NCBI GenBank assembly: GCA_976226885.1
Contig: OZ320315.1
Coordinates: forward strand, 84,320,001-84,384,000
Reading direction: 5' to 3'
DNA length: 64,000 bases
From: Iphione sp. A-MEVVRFRX5
Lineage: Eukaryota
The notes beneath the pieces were generated by a model. The model made no database searches and was not told where the DNA came from. It worked only from the letters and a program-made list of their open reading frames with translations. The position numbers and the translations under genes were made by a program. Positions within the stretch are counted from its first letter, which is position 1. Each line of letters opens with the position of its first letter. This document shows, piece after piece, positions 48,291 to 61,497 of the stretch.

Positions 48291-51200
48291 CTCGGCGTTT
48301 ATGTATGTCATTGCCCTGTTTTACCTAGTTGGTACAGAGTATGCTGGAGGAAGTGGTTTTGGATACCGTCCTCAGGCTTGAAAGTCTCCCATCAGAGTGA
48401 ACTTTCACTGGGGATCGGCAGGAGACGGCGGATGCCCGGTGGGCCCTGACCCCTTCCTGACCCGACCATTGTTGCCCTCGTCCTGACACACAGCTGCTGA
48501 CATACTAACCACCGGCAAACACTTTCATCAGGTATATAATTTGACAATGCCCATTGGGGGGCCGATAGGCTAAAACAGAAAAAAAGAACCCACAGTGAAG
48601 AAAAATAAACTCCAAAGAGAAAATATACTTCGTCGTTATTTTTACCATTAGCAAAATAACTTCAGTAGGGCGGAGTATTCTTGCCTGCGGGTAACTTTCA
48701 CATTTATCATCGATCGGTGGTTCCGCCCGCTAAAGGTAGGTTTGTTGAACTTTATTCTCATTTCCACCCGCGCAGGTAAGCCGGATGACACCTGAGTGCA
48801 AAGATGTCTGAGGGCGCCCGCACCACTTGACCCCCTCCTCCCTTCGGCTTTTTCACTCTAGATCGCAGCGACATCTGGATGGGAAGGCACACATCACGCG
48901 TGCACCCTCTAAATGCTCGGCAACTGAGCACTGGGAACTAACAAATACGTGCCAAGAATGCTTCACCTAAGTCCGAGTCGTGAGTACGGTAGAAATAAGG
49001 CCTGCCTCTCTGTCTTTTATTTGTATGTTTACACGTTTATGAATTAGCGACATGCTGTAAAGTTTCGGGCAGGCTGTAAGGACAAGACCTCAGAGAGTAA
49101 CTTCTCTACCGCTAGGTTGACACCGGTCGGGGCCAAGGTTCTCCATTAGAGCCGGATACTCTTCCACCTTCCGGCTTTATAGGTTTTTCTAACAACACAC
49201 TGACAATGCCGAAAAAATATAGAGACCAGTCGACAGCAATCATGATATGATAGAGAAGTGTGTAATTTTGAATTTTGACTTTTGAAGAAAATATAAACAT
49301 GGCTGTTATTTAATGTGGACAGTCTGGTTTGATGACAAATTTAATGTACATAATAATTCTAATATAATTTAATATACATATATGTACAAACACACCTCCA
49401 TTTATTTGTAGACAAAGGCATATATAGTATTGCATGCATCTGTCTTCAAATGTTTCGACTGTAAATTATATACATACATGTATATTGTCCTCCAAACTTT
49501 AATACGCAATGCACATGTTCACCTTACTTATTTTGCTGAACTACACGAGACGTTAATTAAGAGTAGGAATTCTTAGAAAAGGCATAAACATGAACCATGC
49601 GGCCATGGCGACTGCCAGGTCAAGGGGTGGAACCAGAGGAAATCATAATAACACCACTTGTTGTAGCAGGCAGGGATATGACACTGGTGCTCCTGTTATT
49701 GAATTTCTCCTATAACCGAGGTCATAGGGCCTCGTATAAAATGATTCAAACTACCTACTTCGACTCAGAGTTCAACGTCCATATACAATTATTGCATTAA
49801 ACTGCAGAAAATGGATCGGCATGGTGACTTTGAACCTGGTACAGTCATTTTTCATGGTCACATCAAAGGCGTACATAGAGAGAGCGATACTTGTATACCG
49901 GAAAGCCCTGGCTCATGGAGGTAGCAATCACAGTTCTTTGTTAGGCCACACATCAAAGCTCACCGCCGACACACTCCTGAAACAATTGCCTCTAATGTAT
50001 GCGGACATCTCTGGGGCTATGCTGGAAACTCGCTTGTAATCAGCCTTCCTCTTTCAAGCCAAATAGTGGCTGCTTGCACACAAGGCACCGTCGCCATGTT
50101 CCACCAATTAACACACTGCCTGTTTTAATCACCTCTTGCCCTTGGTCCATTATGAATTCACCCCATTCCACTTTCACAGTATCATCACTGACTCAATTAA
50201 GTAGCAATCTGATAGCAGGAAAAGGCATATGATGAATGTTTCATCCTACACCTCTGGCTGAGATGGTCTTAATTTTTCTATGAGGGCCTGAGGGCAATGA
50301 TGCCCACTTAACCTCCAAATGTTAATGAACGTTGTTATGACCATCACAAATGAGCAGTAGATAAAAAGTAAAGAAAATTATAATTGAAGAATAAGGTACA
50401 ACGAGAATCTAGTGGCGCTAATCGTTGCCAAAGGTAATCGCTGTATGCTGGCAAGGTGCTTTCGTTGCCTGTGACCATGAAATGTCTAAATGTAATTTTG
50501 TCTTCCTTCATTAATGTATCCAGCGCTAAATGGCTCTGATTGCGAAAAGGTCAAAGCATCAATGGTTAACTGGGGAAAAGGGCTCACTGGATATCAAAGG
50601 TTGATGGTAATGACGTAGGAATGATTGCCAATTAGCTAACCAAAGGTTGGGTCCTTCTGGGTAGAAGATAACATGAATAAGCATACTGTTCCTCTAACAC
50701 GTCAAATTAAAGGGATAAAGTGGATGGATATTTGCTATAATTTTACAGCATGATGCTATATCAAATCATCATGATCATCACGTCTATTGTCTATGCAAAA
50801 CAAGTGGGGAAATATGCTTTATTTGCAAAAGAGCACATACTTCTATGTCCTTTGATAGAAACGAAATTCCGAATATGAATAATAGGCGATATCGAAAGTG
50901 TCTTCTAGGCAGTAAGGTTGAAGTTTCGTACTCAAAATGAGAAGAATTATACAGGCATTCCAGAGATAGTGTTCAGCGTATACACTGTAAATAAATACAT
51001 ATGGAATACAATAGATGTCGAACTGTGTTGCCAGGGATGTAAGACCTAGTTCCAAGCGTCATGGGCGAGGTAGGTCAAACAGGGCAACAGCTGGACATAT
51101 ATTGCAGCGGTCCGATGTTAAAGGCAGACGACATTTCGCACTGGTCCTGAATAGATATAAAGGGCCCCTCTTCGATGATGTGTAAACTCATGACCGCGCT

Positions 51201-51483
51201 TGTAAAGCTGGGACAGCTACACATGAAGGAGGTGGCAGGGACTTCCCGAGCCTGTCATAGCGGTCGTGGCCGTACGTGATGGGTGGGATGCCTGAGTTAT
51301 TGGTGATCAATATATTCAGCGGAGCAGGCTATTTGGGGGCTGGGGTGGTGGCGAACAGCGGCACAATACGGGCCAGATCGACAACTTAATAGAACAATCA
51401 GACGACCGCCCCGGACTCCATAAACCGCAAGTCAAGGTTATGATAGATAGGACAGGATTATAGGGGTCTGGGAGAGTGATTGT

Positions 51484-51505
51484 GTTACCATGGCGATCTG
51501 ATTGG
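51484..51505. promoter_or_regulatory. X-box (GTTACCATGGCGAT) abutting an inverted CCAAT (Y) box CTGATTGG
   Basis: X-box at 51484-51497, CTGATTGG at 51498-51505, then a GGCGGGG GC-box. Confidence 0.45.
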
Positions 51506-52757
51506 CGGGGTGAAGGGAAGAGGAGAGACATAAACCTAGCAGCTTGGGGATCGAGGCGAGGCACAGGAGATGGAGGAATGGCAGAAGACCGACCCTGCCT
51601 GCTCTGGCAGAATTAAAGGCACTCTAGGTCAGCAATCTGCAAGGGTTAAACAGTTCTGCCTACATTACGTACATGTACTGTGATTGTTATCTTTCGTGTT
51701 AAGAGTATCTCACAGACCTGTATAATGAAGATTACTATGTCCTTCAGTGGGTCATACATGTGTATCTAAGCATGTACATTGGCGGCCCATTGCAAGTATG
51801 AATGGGGAGGTCCTTTTTATGAAACATTACATTAAAAAAGCTACTCATACTGATGGGAACTGCTTCCTCTCTCTTGTTAGTAGTCTCTCTCAAGTTCACA
51901 TGCTTTTGTTGAGCGTACTGTTCTCCCGTTGTATACAAGGACTCAGACGGCCCCTTTTCAACATCCATGTCTCTTAGTGTTCCCCTGATATATGTATGCA
52001 TGGTCAACCTTTCTGTTTTGTATAGGAATGTATGACCGTGTGATTGGGACGAAGGTCTTTCCAGCAGGACACCTGTATGTACCACGCCCAGCTTGTGTCA
52101 TACACTATTTCCTTGCCCTGTTCTCATGTGGCTTTCCCCAGCAGCCGTCCACCCACTGGTCATCCATCTACGCCCCCATATTTGCCGGCCATCCTCCTGA
52201 GTTCCAGTTCTCCATTACCTCCAACAGCCCCGACCAGTCCTCCCCCAACTCCCAACCCCCTTTTCCCCTAGTGCTTAGTTGACCATTGCTGTCGAGCCGA
52301 CATGTGTTGGCCATAACGTGTAATTTCCGTGCACCTGTTGTTAGGGGGCGGGGTTCAGCGTTTGGTACAAAGACCTTCAACGTTCACACATCCAGATCTG
52401 GTAAAGATCGGCCTGATTCAAGCAAGTATCTCTAAAATGCTATGTGTGTTTCACAGTGTTATGCCTGTCTTTATCTAAAAAAAAGTACATGTACGCTGTA
52501 TCTGGTGGAAGGTCATAACTGCGTACAAAATATTTTGAACAGAGTGTCCCTACAAGAAGCATATTAATATCACCTTTAGTTTGAGAATGATGACAGCCTG
52601 TTTACCCAAAAGAGAGAGGTAATTAATCCATATTTAAGCAATCAGACGCGGAGATAATAGCATTTAAATGAAGCTGTAGCATATATGTATGCTGTTGCTC
52701 TGACTTGGCCTTGAAATTTAGAGCTGGCATCCTGTAGACACATGTTATGCTACTTAC

Positions 52758-52802
52758 CCAGTTGGAAGGTTTGAGGTATTTTTCGGAAGCCTGAGGACTC
52801 AC
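52758..52802 (-). other. Candidate recursive-splicing exon (RS-exon), 45 nt
   Basis: Minus strand: tttgtaaccttattctctatgctttcag|GTGAGTCCTCAGG...CCAACTGG|gtaagt. A branch-like TGTAAC, a Y-tract and CAG are followed directly by GTGAGT. A second consensus donor lies 45 nt downstream. Confidence 0.6.
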
Positions 52803-53801
52803 CTGAAAGCATAGAGAATAAGGTTACAAATGACTCGACCGGGAAGAGAGATCCACGGAGAGGTAATTGAAAACAATATATGAGCCATCCACCTATATCT
52901 TGTAGGGCAGGTAACAGTAATTTGACATGAGGAGAGCAATTTCCCTACATATGAGAAGAATTCGGTCACACAGCACCTAATCATCACATATCCAGAGACA
53001 CAACAAACACCTGTCTGTACGGTTTCCTAGATATACACAATGGTACACTTTATGTTGCAGTCACCCTCGATGCTATTGTAATCAAAGAGTTTGTGTCGTC
53101 CCCTCTGTATTAGTGAAGACCAGTGGACGAGAAGTCGGACACATCAAAGGGTTTTTAGTGAACACCTAAAAGCAGGGTTTCTTATAACCTAATTATGATC
53201 ATATTACTGAGAAGCCCTATGAAATCAATGTATTGGTGTTCTCTGTAGCAACACTTGTCAGATTGGATGCTGAGCGATGCTCCGGTGTTGTGACAAACAA
53301 CACAACCCTTGTCCTCCCAGCTTAAAGTGTAGAGGCATGATCGGACTGAGTGCGCGGTCAATGTTCCCCTCGCCATAGGAAATAAACAAGTGCATGTATT
53401 ATTCACATCTGTGTACGTGCATTATCACCTGGAGGGCTTAAAATGGAAACGCTGTACATTTGGTACCAAAGATGTGTCTGTGTTGTTGTACATGTATATG
53501 ATTCTTCAGGACTTAAAGGTGTATTTTATAGTGGATGAGCAGTGAAACAATTTGTTTAAGTCGAATTCCTGAAGGACGACAATATTTCATTCGTTTCATA
53601 AATCTATCACAAGCGTCCTCGAGAGAGTATGCAAGGGCAGGTGGTGTGACCCTTCAGATGCTATCAACCGACACTTTTAGGATGGCAGTGCGGGCACTTT
53701 TGAGTGGCTAGATATTCAATACAAACCGCCGGGTCACCTTTGCAAGCAAAACCTAAAGGGGTCTTTCTCAGTCTGCCAAGCGCGAAGATCGCATTGATCG
53801 C

Positions 53802-53845
53802 TGACGTAAAGCGTAATTAGTGATGACGTAATGAAAAGACGTCAT
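53802..53845. promoter_or_regulatory. Cluster of three CRE/ATF-type bZIP sites
   Basis: TGACGTAA (53802-53809), ATGACGTAAT (53823-53832) and GACGTCAT (53838-53845). Confidence 0.5.
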
Positions 53846-55599
53846 GCGATGTGGAATAGGATGTGTCCTATCAGTCAGGTTCTCACCTGTCCAGGTGGAA
53901 ATGGTTTGTGACCTCGCCTAGCTGGCCTTTAGCAGGGAGTTCTTACGAAGGGTTGCCGGGTATAACGGGTAGACTACCCAGATGAGGACCGCCCGCCACA
54001 ATGTGTAACTGTACCCGCTTTGTCAACTCACTTAGATCTTCGTAAAAGGAACGAATCGGGTTGTGCAACGCATTTAGTAGGCTCGTCGAGAGATTTCAAA
54101 CTACCTCTAAGACGTAAATGAAACACGATTTCTCCACCTGTCTCCTTCAAATGCCTGATTGCCTTCTGAATGTAACTAGGTGAACATCAAAGTTTCTATC
54201 TTTAAATTAAGAGATGGTCGGGCTACATCTAAAATGCCATAGTATGGGAACAGCTGCAAGGTGTTTGGAGTGTTGATGGAATTTCATTACCAGATGTGTA
54301 AAGTGTCCTTTAGGTTCGGGAGATGGGTAGGACGGTGGCAAAGGCCAGAAGCCAGTCCTGTGGCACAATTGAAACTGTCAGTTGACAGACAAACCAGACC
54401 TCCGTCAACTAAATGACGAGTGACAGAGACGTACAAACAGACCTGGTCCGTTCCCAGGCCTCGTTGACCACAACTTTTTACACTAGGCGTGCAGAATGTT
54501 GTGCCAATGCTCCCAACGATCCTGCGTCATGTGCACTATGGGACCCACATAAACATACCAGGCCACTCATAAAGAAATGCTCCCCTAAGTATCATTATTC
54601 TTTGCCATTTCTGAAGGAGACAGTAGCTTCAGCCGATTTCCCTAAACACATTATCATCCAAGCAACCCGTCGCCATTCTTTCAAGTTGGCGTTGTTTTGT
54701 GTTGGTTGACGTGGCTCTTGTTTGTCAGTGCGGCCTTATTCTGTAACACTTGGAGTCGGCACAAGAAGGGCATTTGTCAAGGTCAAATGTCGACACTTGT
54801 GTGTGAACCCAGCTGGTCCATTCTTACTTAGCAGGCCCGTGTAGCCTTTGTCTAAGAGGTAAAACGTTTGGGGGAGAAACCGTCGCAGTGCGCAGACTGC
54901 ACTGCCAAGCATTGTCTCCATTACCGTCCATCCTGAAAATGCACAACTTTAACCTTGAATGTGAACATTGAATCGTAAGATTAATAACAGGTGGTCACTG
55001 TACCTTTTATATTTCTGTCTGCCTATTCATAAGGGGATTTGTGTCCTCATCTCAGCTGTGAGGTCGACCGCTGTAGACAGAGGCTTTTGAAATCGGCACA
55101 AAATGCAATGTTACGATTTCAAATAGCTGCCAGTGTCACATTGTGGTGTTAAAGGTTGCTCACCAGTGACCTTTACCAAAGAGGAATGATTTTCATCCTG
55201 AGAATCGATCGATAAGAAGCAGGCTGAGACTCTCGCTATTCGATTGTCTTGATGCAACCCGGGCATCATTCAAACTGGATGGCGGAATAGTATCAACGTG
55301 CCAGCCGCTGGAGGAACATAGGGGAACTAAAAGAATGATGCATTTCCCACAGCCCCACACAAATATCACTCCTTCTAATTAGTTTTATCTCGGGGGTGGC
55401 ATAAATTCCGACTACTGTCAGAACTATGATGAGAATAATGTGTTCGCTTTAAGATGTCGATTGGCGAGGTTGCGCCCCTTTTCCCACCCACTTCCTCCTC
55501 CACAGCATTAAGTCTAGATGGGGCAATAGTGATGCTCTGTTGTATTGAGAGTTTATCGCACACATGGGGAATGGATACTATACCCTAACTATCCAATGT

Positions 55600-55802
55600 C
55601 TGTCTCAGTCTCGGTCTGTCTGTCTGTCTCTCTCTCTCTTTCACTCTCTCTCTCCTCAACGGATTCTCCTTTCTCTACTCATTTATCTATCTTTACGTCT
55701 ATCTAGTGTGTCTCTCTTATTTGAAGTCTATCTGTTGTGGTGTCTCGATGAATGTGTTTGAGTTGCTGTTTTTCTGTCTGTCTGTCTGCCTGTCTATCTC
55801 TC
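55600..55802. repeat. (CT)n/(GTCT)n low-complexity tract
   Basis: Direct reading. Confidence 0.85.
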
Positions 55803-57535
55803 CCAAAAGATATCGATGTCACTTTGTGTGATTACGGACAGGACAGCAACTTGGATTCCACCATCACAATACTCTTCGAGATTCGAATTTCGCACACATA
55901 ATTTTTGGCGTGAAAATTGGCCCACAGCTCTGAATGCGATGTTTGAGTCAATCCTCACTCCGGGATACGAAGCCTCCTTTTAAGAGGGCGGCTGGGGGCC
56001 GCAGATGAAAGGGCACGGAAGAGACTGGGGGAAGGGGCAGAGGAGGGATTGGTGGGAAGGAGGGTGAGCATAGTGGCTGGGAGATTGGGGGAGCATGGCT
56101 AGGTCGTGACTCACGCGCCTTCTAGGATACGGGAGGTCGCCAAGGCAACGGCCGCACGATGGCAGGGCGCCCGGCCAGATTACAACGTCATGCGAACTAT
56201 GCCTCTCATGGCGACATCAAAAATAACGGTATTTATTTTGAAAAGGTCCCCGACTGTCTGTCCGACATCATCCTCCCCTCATGAATATCCTAACAAAGCC
56301 ATATGAATGCTTGGGAGTATGTGTGTTTGTGTGTGTGCTTGTGTCACGGGTAGCAGGTTCTTGTGGTGGAAGTGGAGGTAAAATGACATCTCGTGTACAT
56401 ATATGCGCCTGTATTTGAATTTTGAATACACGTTAATCACATTTCTGAGAAGAAACAAGTTACGTACCTGCCTACGTAAGTGAAGTAGCTGTTCAATGTC
56501 ATTCTATGAGGCTCAGGCTTCCGTACCAGTGTCCAAAACGCGATGAAGGTGTTGTGAACGGCGAGGCTTTCGTTATGTTATGAGTTAAAGTATGAGGTTA
56601 TCGACTCATATACAATAGTGTGATCTTAATCTTGTTCTTATCTAGCATAGCGCTGGTGACGGATTTCTATCCATATACATCCACACCGATTAAATTCTGT
56701 CATGCACCAGCACCGATATAGGCAGTACCTCTCTGCTGAACAAAGCCAACGTGAGCATCTCATCAGCTCCACTGTGGGTATGGGAGGGTATAGCGAGAGA
56801 TGGAAGAGGCTATGGTTCCTTGAGAAAGGGGTGTATGTTATTAGAGGGGAACCCCCCACCCCTAAGGTGGCAAGCCAACTAGGGGTTGCACAGGAGGGAT
56901 GCGCGTGGCTTCGGAGTCACACACAGGTGGCTACAAGATGACCGTGCGCACTACGAACGGTTTTTAAAAAATCTTAACACACTCCTTAATACATTGTGGT
57001 AGACTCGAGCGAGTGGCAGGTCAAAAGAGGTATTGCATGTAGCAATTACAGGGCTTCTTTGTATGTGTGCCCCACTGAAAATCTTCCTTATTTCCAGGTT
57101 GTGGTTCTCGGGAAGTGTTGCAGTATGACGAATGACAACCTTTCTATTACCGTACTGATTGGTTTACGTACCCGAAAAACGCCAGCGCATATGTCAGCGA
57201 GATGAAAGAGAGATTTTAGCCATTGAGTCAGACATCCTTCAGATGGTGCCCTATACTTCGCAGTGACCAAGTACTCCACAAGCAATAAGCACCAGGCCAC
57301 ATGTGCCATTTATCATTTACATGTACGGTACTTTTGTCATGTTTTAGGTTTCCTAGCGATCTCTGCATGTTTAATGACAATGTAGATAGGAATGGTGTTT
57401 GAAAAGAAAGCACTTGCCTAAACGACAAAGTGTTTCTGAAGTTTTTGCAGAGCAATGTCTGGGCTGTCTTCTCATTCTGGTTGTCAAAGAAAAACAGATC
57501 TAGCCAACTTTTTTGTCTCAATTTACCTTGTCTCG

Positions 57536-57550
57536 GTTTCCATTGGAAAC
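57536..57550. promoter_or_regulatory. X-box-like GTTTCC-ATT-GGAAAC
   Basis: Inverted half-sites with a 3-nt spacer. A second candidate, GTTTCCTAGCGAT, lies at 57348-57360. Confidence 0.4.
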
Positions 57551-60500
57551 TTGAATTCGCGTAACACTGCCGCGTTTACCTGAGCTATAAAAAGACCACA
57601 AATCCTGTCATTGGAGCGTCTGAACACCTGTGCATTGTGATGTGTGTTTCATGCGATTATACGAGATTACTTACAAGTGCCGTCATGTCGAGGTATTCCC
57701 AGGTCCAGTCGATGTTCTTGGTTGGGGCTGAGTGTCCTCGGCAGGTGAGGCGTGCACCCATCATTTAAAGAGAAATGATATACATCCGAAGGGCATGCAC
57801 GTCGCTAGCAGATTCCTATACCCAGCTCGCAGGTGATAAAAGCTTCTGAAGCTTTCTCCATGTAGACAGAGCCGGAACAGGTGGCCCTCTTTTTTGAAAA
57901 AAAGCAGCCTTTGTATACTTAAAGAAGGTCTGTCACCGGTACAGGCCTCAGTCCATTCTCCTTAAAAACATTGTATTAAGAAAGCAGCAGCGTCGAGTGA
58001 GTGTCGAGGGCTTTAACGGGCTCCACCAGCCAACATTGTTCGTGAGACAGTACTGCTGACTAGAGGCGCTCCGTGTGAAGTTATTGTGCTGGAGGATCAC
58101 TGATTGTGTGCCCTAAGGCATTCAATGGAGAAAGTGTCAGCGAGGGTACGGAGACTGTCGCTTCACGACCAGCAACAGTAGGCAGAAAATGTCTGTGATT
58201 GTGTCCGTACCGAGTCCGACACAAGTGAAACTGTGTGTGGTTCGGTATGTGTGCACTAACGTATGTTGAGGAGGACGGCTTTGTCCGGCCTGGCAAGATG
58301 TCAAAAAGTCCATACACGTCCGGAGAGCACTCCGGCTATTGTTTACACGGGCTGTTATATATTGTAAGCAAAGGCTCTTCTGTGAGTAAAGGAAGCGTAT
58401 ACAATATTAAGCACAGCACTTCACGGTGAAAAAGGACAATCCCACAGCATTACTTCTTGTGTGTCTACGTCAAATCTGTGGGCACGAAGCCAAGAGCATA
58501 AATCAAACGCCAATGACTATGGAGACAGCCTAGACCTCCAGTCCCTCTCTCATTCTCCGCGGAAGACAGTAGTTATTTCCCTTCTGTGAGCACTGCCTCT
58601 GGAGTTGAGCGTCGAGCGAAGCGTAGTTTTACTTTTAGAGCCGCAGGTCGTTGGTTGGGCATGGACGCCTGCAGTGAGTTGGGATGGCGACAAGAGAAGG
58701 GGGCAGGTTGGTGGGGGGATTTGGGGGGGAAACCTCCCGACACGTCACGGTCGGTTGGCTCTGCAAGGACTCTATTGGTCGTTTCCCCAGGGTGAGCTCC
58801 ACCAGCAGTAGCTAGCCGTTGATTGGCTATCGTAGACCCCCGTTAAGGTAACGGAAGGACACTTTTGGAGATGTCAGCATGTACTGTGAATAATCTTTTA
58901 TGTATTATTACTGCCACATGTCAGCCACAGGTCCGGTCCCTCACAGTAGGATCTCACAATGTTCTTAACTCTTCGTGCTCTTCGAGATAGCGAGGAAGGT
59001 TATGTATGTGGCACGTCAGCTGAGTCAGCAGTGAGTAGTTGATTATATACGTGCAGAGAAACGTGTCGTCTTGCTCATCCCTGTGTGATTCATCCACGTG
59101 CATACCAAGCTGGCTTTGCCGTAAAAAAATGTGTCACTAGTAAATCTGGTATATCAAATGTCCAATTAGAAGAATGGACAGTCCTGTCACTACTAGGCAG
59201 GCGACATGCAGCGAGATGAAAACATTTCGGGTCTCCATTCCTGACGCGTCTTCTCGTCCTGTGACACCATGCGGCTGTCGCGACGACAGCGACCCCTAGC
59301 AGCTCGTCTCATCAGCAAACTGTCACCCTCCAGAGATAATGACCGGTCCATGGTTGGCACCCGCTATACCTCCTGGCTGCCCCCCTGCTGACCCAAGCCA
59401 AACACCTGGGCACTCTTTGACACAGCAACCTGCAAACCCACCTCTTAAGTTAAAATGTAGCAATTGAATAAAACTGTCACCCTCTCCCAATTAGTCTAGA
59501 CGCCCGGGCTTGATTTGTGGGGTCAGCATCGATTACTTTCCCATGCAAACCCACCAATAAGGGCATATTAGTCAATCTCTATTGGGGGTTTGGCTTCCTC
59601 GGTCCGACCGCAGATGACAGATAGCAATAAAAGATATAATTATGACAGTTCCAGGCGTCTCTAATTATGGAGGGTGATTATGGCAAAGGGTAGTGTTTGT
59701 CCATGGGTCATCTCCTCCCTCGTCCTTTTGTTCCTTCTAATGATCCCCTGCATTTGTAATTACCGTAACAATGAAGTCTGCCGCCCTCTTTCGAGCAGAT
59801 CCCACGATAATGGGGAGGTGGTGAGTTCGTTTTTTTAACGACCAATTGATTTAAAATCATGGAGTGATGCTTGCACAGAATCATACATTTTACATACACG
59901 TAAAGTGACTTTGAATGCAAAAATGTTTCAAGGAGTTTACACCTGGCGCCTAACAACAGTCATGTTATATCTAAACTTAAGCAGCTGTGGTCTAGACCCC
60001 GTAATTTCCGGATCCATTGAAGATCTCAGCCGCCTGGGGCACGAACGCCCTCCTTCTGGTCCAAATATCTGCTATCCTCCAATTTTTCCTGACATGTCTA
60101 GTTCAATTTGAATGTCAACGTGCACACTGAATGCAAGCACCTGTTCCCGGGTCAAACGTATCCCCCCTGCAACCCATTTACCTTCAATCGCCCTACTACC
60201 CACGCCAACACTGTGTCGGCCTAAAGATTTGCTCAAGCCGATTCCCCCCCTGAGCCCCAGGATTCTCTTTCTCCTCCAGACGTCCAAAATGCCTCATTAT
60301 CACCTGAGGCACAGCGACCCAGCCAGAGGCCCCCCTCGATTCAGACGACGGCAAAAGATCAAAGAGATTGAGGCTGCCGAGCCGTCGCGCCAAGGCGACT
60401 ACTGGACTCTTTGTTGGCGCGTAGGAACGGCACTTGACCTGGCGGTTGTTGGGCGCGCGCTGGAACCCGCCCATAAAGAGGCCATGATGACATAATTATG

Positions 60501-61497
60501 GGTGTTGTGACGTGCTTTGTTTCCGTCCCAGCCGAAGGCAGGATGAAATACGGCAACGAGAGGACATGAGGTGAAAGGCAGAATACCGATCCGGGAAAGG
60601 CAACGAGGGCGTTAGTTCCAGTAGCTTCTCGGGCGAACATGCATCTAGCGAGCCCTAGGGCTAAAAGCATGGCTACATTATCATCTCCGCAAGGGCAATT
60701 TTGTCGTCTCGTTGGAACGCTATTTTAGAAATTATATTTATTTTGCTTACAACTCGTGTCGCAACATCCCGAGAGGTTTTATCTATCAGATATCGAGTGA
60801 AGTATATACAATGTACTCCTACTTACCGTGGTAGGGGGTGGGGTGGTTAGGGGGCTATGCACTAAAGGTTCGGACGACGGTATAGAACGTGACAGGATTT
60901 GGGTTTTACGAGTACCCCTCCAAACACGCCGACCAACTATGTAGGGGGGCTAAAGCCTTTCACGTATACGTGGTCTACACTTGTTACTGCTTGTCGACCA
61001 CCGATCTAGCCAGGGCCCAAGCGGCATGGATCAAAGTTACTCGCACTGAGTAAAGTCCGCAATCCTTAAGTCGGTCCAACCCCCCAATCTGGCTCCGGTA
61101 TGAACTTCAAAAGTTTCCCCCCATCACCACAGCAAACAGACCTCATCCTTTCCTAACACTGGTCCCGCATGAGACGTGGGCCCCTCTTAACGCCGGCCCT
61201 CTTTGGCGAGCGTGAGAGGAGGCAGGGCGGGCGACCGCATACAAATGCCTCATCTCTGTTTGTCCAGTGTTCAAACAGTGGAGAAGAGGGGTCCTTATCA
61301 ATCGGGGTATTAATTAAAGAGCTTCACGTCTGAGTTTGCTTCTGGCTGAGCCCATCTTCACAAATATTCTTTTCCTTCCCCATCTGCGTATAATCCCTCT
61401 TGAACTTTGCTGCGTGTGCTCCACTGGCCTGCACGGGGTGTGACTTGAGAAGGCTTTTAGCGATCTGTCAGGATATAGGTAGGTAAGCGGTCACTTC

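Larger units (their letters stand above)
1..60900 (-). other. Inferred 5' region and very long introns of an unidentified minus-strand host gene with multiple alternative first exons
   Basis: Strong minus-strand donors recur at the edges of CpG-rich islands or small exons (exon ends at 7478, 9083, 9482, 13402, 18954, 23470, 33397, 36811, 39568, 42453, 52758, 60827). Two strong minus-strand AG|GTGAGT sites are present. There is no recognisable protein domain in the window. The boundaries are inferred. Confidence 0.45.

Noticed and set aside
11215-58300. Partial matches to conserved miRNAs (miR-34/449-like at about 24425 and 11225, miR-1-like at about 35957, miR-31-like at about 58271)
   Set aside because: Matches are only 8-12 nt with no full mature sequence and no pre-miRNA hairpin.
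60112-60495. 127-aa plus-strand ORF with an internal acceptor-like site
   Set aside because: No convincing donor and no homology; likely chance in GC-rich sequence.
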